DNA of 64,000 nt from Eledone cirrhosa (taxonomy: Eukaryota), in contig OZ024742.1 in NCBI GenBank assembly GCA_964016885.1, positions 135,780,001-135,844,000 on the forward strand. The letters are read 5' to 3'. The translations under genes were made by a program, and so were the position numbers. Positions 59,274 to 64,000 of this stretch are shown here, piece by piece. Each line of letters begins with the position of its first letter. The first letter of the stretch is position 1. A model generated the notes under the pieces. That model did not search any database. It was not told the DNA's origin and saw only the letters and a program-made list of their open reading frames with translations.

Positions 59274-59625
59274 TCTGTGTGTGCGTGCGGGTGTGTGTGT
59301 GTAAATTATGGAAGAGCTGAACAATTTAAGTTTTTTGACAATGTAGGAAACAACGCAGTAGAGAACTTTAACCAAAATCGATTGCTGTGAATAATAGCTT
59401 AGAATTTGGAGCAAAATACCCCATAGACGACAGCCCCCTAATGCAATAGTTAGAGAATTTAGTCAGAATTCGAGAGATCAGGTGTTCGATATATCTTTGC
59501 TGCGGCTGCTGGCCACTTCCCTCGGTCCCCTGAAGTATTTTCCCCCACCATTTTAAGATATTAAATATACCGATTGACTGATGTTACATTCATTTTCTGT
59601 GATCTTCGTTCCTACATTTTCAAAT

Positions 59626-59657
<32 letters not shown>

Positions 59658-59749
59658 GTATATATATATATATACATATAGATGTATACATGTGTGTGTG
59701 TGTGTGTGTATCTGTGTGTGTATGTGTGTGTGTGTGTGTGAGTGTGTGT

Positions 59750-59805
<56 letters not shown>

Positions 59806-59815
59806 ATGTGTGTGT

Positions 59816-59851
<36 letters not shown>

Positions 59852-60851
59852 TTATAGTTATTTATGTACTGTTATTCTTATAATCTTCTCTTCATCGCTG
59901 TTAAACTTCATGAAGAGTGACATCCTTGTCTTGTGTCTCGATCTCAGTCTAAGAATAAGAAAACAAAAACAGAAATCGTGGAACAATAAACAGACAGATT
60001 ATTTAGTGAGAGAAAGTAAAGGATAGAGAAAGCAAAGTAGTGCAGTTGGAAAGACAGAGAGAGAATGAGGGAGTCACTAAAGCACCACGCTGTTGTATTG
60101 TTTGTTCAGCAATGAGAGAAATATATATATGTATTTGTATCATAAACTGAATTTCAGCCTACTCCTACTTCTCGAATACAAAAAGTGAATTATAGCCAGA
60201 AACACAAACACACATATTTTTTTCATTGGACTGCGTTGATGCTGGATCTCAGCACTTAATGTTCTCAACAATAAACGTTATTTTATCGATCTGCTTTTCT
60301 CGAACCGCTAACCTATGAGTATTAACCAAACGCATACAGACAAACACTCACACATAAAACACACATATATATTTGTATATGAATCTGGATGTATGTTTGT
60401 GTGTGTGCGCACGTGCGTGTGTTATATGTATGTGTGTGTGACTTCAGTTGACAGGTAGTTTTCAAATCATTGACATTATTTTAAAATGTTAAATGACTTA
60501 GAAACCAGGACAAGTTGTATGAGAAAATAAACATAAATTTTGTGTACAATACTGTTTTATATCATCATACACATCGTCTTGGCTTCTAAGACATTTCCCT
60601 ATATACAAAGAGATGGCGTTTGCATATGTGTGTGTTTGCAAATAGAACTGTCGATTGACCAATCCCACAAACAACACACATAAAACCGAACTTATACTTG
60701 AACATCAAAGGATGAACACTTACACAAGAAATGAGGACAATTTATTTTCCTTAAAATTTTACCACCGGGAAGGTGGCCCGACAAAAATAAACTCAATATT
60801 AAGAGAAAGATAGGACATACATATATACATAAATACATTTTAAGTAAATAA

Positions 60852-61038
60852 TTGTTTATACTTTTGGCACAAGGCCAGCAATTAGCCAGTACATTACTGG
60901 TACTTTATTTTATCGACCCTGTAAGGATGAATGGCAAAGTTAACCTCGACGGGATTTGAATTCAGACCGTAATAGGACGTAACTATGCTGGAAAGCATGG
61001 CATCCAACCCTCTACCGATACTGCCAATTCACCGCCCT
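60852..61038 (-). mobile_element. tRNA-derived SINE with 16-bp target-site duplication
   Basis: Same family as 2806. CATTTTAAGTAAATAA at 60836-60851 and 61039-61054. Confidence 0.9.
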
Positions 61039-61369
61039 CATTTTAAGTAAATAAAGGCCTTGCACTGGACCAAACCCGCTCTAATCAGTGGCGACAGATG
61101 GCCTAAAGGAAGAACAGGTCAACATCATTGGCTGCCATCAAGTTGCAGTTTTTACAGCAGATTTTTCCTGCTCCGAGAATGATGTTCTAGCAGGAGCTCT
61201 GGGTTTCTCTCTTCCTGTGTGCTAACCACGTACTTGGGCCCCAAACCGAGTATTTCCATGTCCCCGCGGATTCATACATACATACATACGTACATACATA
61301 CATACATACATACATACATACATACATACATGCATACATACATACATACATACATACATACATACATAC

Positions 61370-64000
61370 GCAGAAGCGACATTCAATTTGTTGGTAATTC
61401 AACAAATATAAATGTTTATAACTGATTCAGAGCACTCGACAGTTTTCTGAAGTATAATATTCATTGATATTAAATAAATGGAAACTATATTTATAAAACC
61501 ATATTTATTCTATTATATATATTTAAAGTGTACCAAAACTTTGGTACGCTTTCATCAGATAAAATACGAAATGTTTTTTATAAATTTTGACATAACCAAG
61601 GAAAATACCTTAACGGTTCAAGTTTTCCTTCTATAGTGAAGGGATAAGAGAAGAAAAGTCAGATATTTCAAATTGTTAAGATGAGTATGCAAATGAGTAT
61701 GCTAATGAGGTTTAGGTAAAGGGTTGAAAAAACGTTATTTTAGAAGCTATGGAGAATTTAAATAATTATGATGTGTTTGTATGCTTAGGAAAGAAGAAAA
61801 AGGAAGATGAGCTTTATTTACATTTGTATTTAAATTTATTTACCTATATTATTATTTTTTATCAGATCTCCTAAATGTGTGTTTATGGTTATGCCAGCGT
61901 TCTTTGAATTTTGTTGAAGTGGCACTAATATAGTTAAATATTTTGTCTCTAGTTTTAACTGTGCATTTATAAACTACGTTTTTGTCTAAACAATTATTTT
62001 GTAAAGGGCAGTTTGATTTGATTGTACAGTTACATTTTATGGAATTGTTGTTGCTCGGAACGGTACTATTGTTCTGAATATTGTTGTTAGGAATATTATT
62101 ATTGTTATTTTGGTTAGTTTGGTTAGGGTTTAAATTTAAGTTTCTATTATTAATTCTATTTATATTGTGTGCTATGTTCATAGTAGTAGAGTAGGATAGT
62201 TTTATAGTGTGTCTGTTAAAAATAGAATGGTATATGAGGGCTTTAGGAAACATTTATCTAGTGCTTTAAAGAATAGCTTTGCTAAAGTTGTTTTAACACT
62301 TAATGTGAATGGGGGAGAGTACCAAATAATATTTATAGTTCTAGTGTTTTGTTTGGTTTAGTGTTTAATTTGAATTGTTTATTATTATTATAATTAATAC
62401 TAGGATGATTTGTCATGTTATTGTTATCCATGTATTTAATTTTATTCGAGTATCCTGCTCTAAGTAAAGCTTCATTATAATATTCTGCCTTATCATCAAA
62501 CATATTTTTATTAGCAGAGATGCGTGAAATCCGTTGTTGGACGCTATTGACAATAGTGATTTTAATACTTCTAGGATGATTAGAATTGAAACTTACATAA
62601 TTCAGATTTTCGTTAATTTTATGGAAAAGATAGTAAAGTACTGTGCTAAGGTTTAAGGTTACATCTAAGAAGTTAACGATTTTGTAGCTATTCTCTATTT
62701 CTAACTTAAGGTTGTAGATGTTGATAAATTGTATTATGGATTTCCTTTTCCTATTAATTTCACTATTGCTATGGTTTTCAATTAAAATAGTCACGATATA
62801 AACTTCCGGTCATCTCTGGCATTTTCCTATGCAGTACATTATGAATAAATAATCCAATGAGGTCCGTTACTTGCGCCGAGTCAGATGATCCCATAGTCAT
62901 ATAAAAATTGTTTTTTCTGTCGGCTCTTATCCAGATATGATTATTATTCTACTTCAATTTCACATTTAATTTTGAATTTAAAACACAACAATATAGACTA
63001 TTCAATATCTTGGAGAACGATTTCGAAAGAGCCTGTATACCGAAATATGGCTTTATCAAGATTCTGTAACTTGTGTATCGAAGACATTTTTTATATAATG
63101 AACTGTCAAAACTCTATTAATCTTAGAACAGAATTATTTTCTTCATGAAGACATCGCCAAAATTCCACGTTCAGAACTATTTTTAATTCATAATATTCCT
63201 ATATACCTTCAAAATGATCCTATCTTCTTAAAAATTTATATGTAAATTTTAAAAATTTTTTAATATATTTAATATTTTTAATATTTTTATTATTTCTAAT
63301 TTTTTTTTATATTTTTACCTTTTCACATTAATTTTTTTTAATATATATATTTAATATATATATTTAATTCTGGCCTTATTTTTCTAATGACACCCTTCTA
63401 AATATATTTTTTTAGGTGTAGATTGATAATCTTTAATTGACATTCTGAAAATGTATTCTTACGATAGTTCTTCGAAAAGCACATTACATTTTTCCTCTAT
63501 TTTGGATATTCAAACTTTTACACATCTTTCCACTCAAATAATTAATCTCACACAAAATAATTTATAATTTTCTTTATATATTTTTTAGTAAATCATTCAT
63601 CAAATTTAACGTTTAACAAACAAAATTGGAGTTATCTTTCCTCTCTCAATCGTGCAAATATAAACATATTATGTATGATAATCTATATAACTTCGCTAAA
63701 TTAACAATATTCTGAAAACATTTTCAATGTTGAACAAAATATTCGAATCTACAAATGTTCTCCTCTCACAACTTGAACCACCTATTTGTTTATGTAAAAT
63801 ACAAAATCAAAATCATTCGTAACATCATTAGAAATATAAATAACTAATAATTGTAAATTATTTCTATTTCTATAATACTAATACATATGCAATTATTAAT
63901 ATATAGATATTTATATACATAACCTATTGTAATGTAATAAAATAAAAATACTTACAAATATAATTCTTCATATAATCTAATTGATCATATATACAATATT
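61370..64000. mobile_element. Second PLE locus: tail/HHR end (-), RT to EN N-half (-), then EN C-half and UTR (+)
   Basis: HHR at 61506-61566 (GAAA mutated to TAAA). Minus 61852-62947 encodes MGSSDSAQVTDLIG, VNFLDVTL, SNHP and CNCx5C. Plus 62945-63185 encodes YSISW...CNLC...NLRTELFS. Confidence 0.85.

Overview
AT-rich, microsatellite-saturated animal genomic DNA. The repeat content suggests a cephalopod (Octopus-like) genome, but this is inference. No intact host gene is evident beyond a few low-confidence minus-strand exons. The window holds a frameshifted RepHel Helitron (~17.5-22.7 kb) plus smaller Helitrons, a decayed Tc1/mariner, RTE and L1/Tx1-like LINE fragments and tRNA-derived SINEs. 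It also holds two Penelope-like elements (PLEs; RT plus C-terminal GIY-YIG), one forming an 11.6-kb inverted-repeat insertion. Many short PLE-type 3' ends lie inside (TA)n tracts; many carry type I hammerhead ribozymes (HHRs) and are arranged as head-to-head inverted repeats. The main observation is that at least 8 otherwise dissimilar families share a covarying bulged stem-loop, RCTC-helix-loop-helix-TH-GAGY, in their 3' tail. In the 7 families with a recognisable inverted partner arm, that arm stops 1-6 nt before the stem and runs into microsatellite. This points to a conserved cis RNA signal defining PLE integration or priming sites. One family's hammerhead has a U3-A8 compensatory core.
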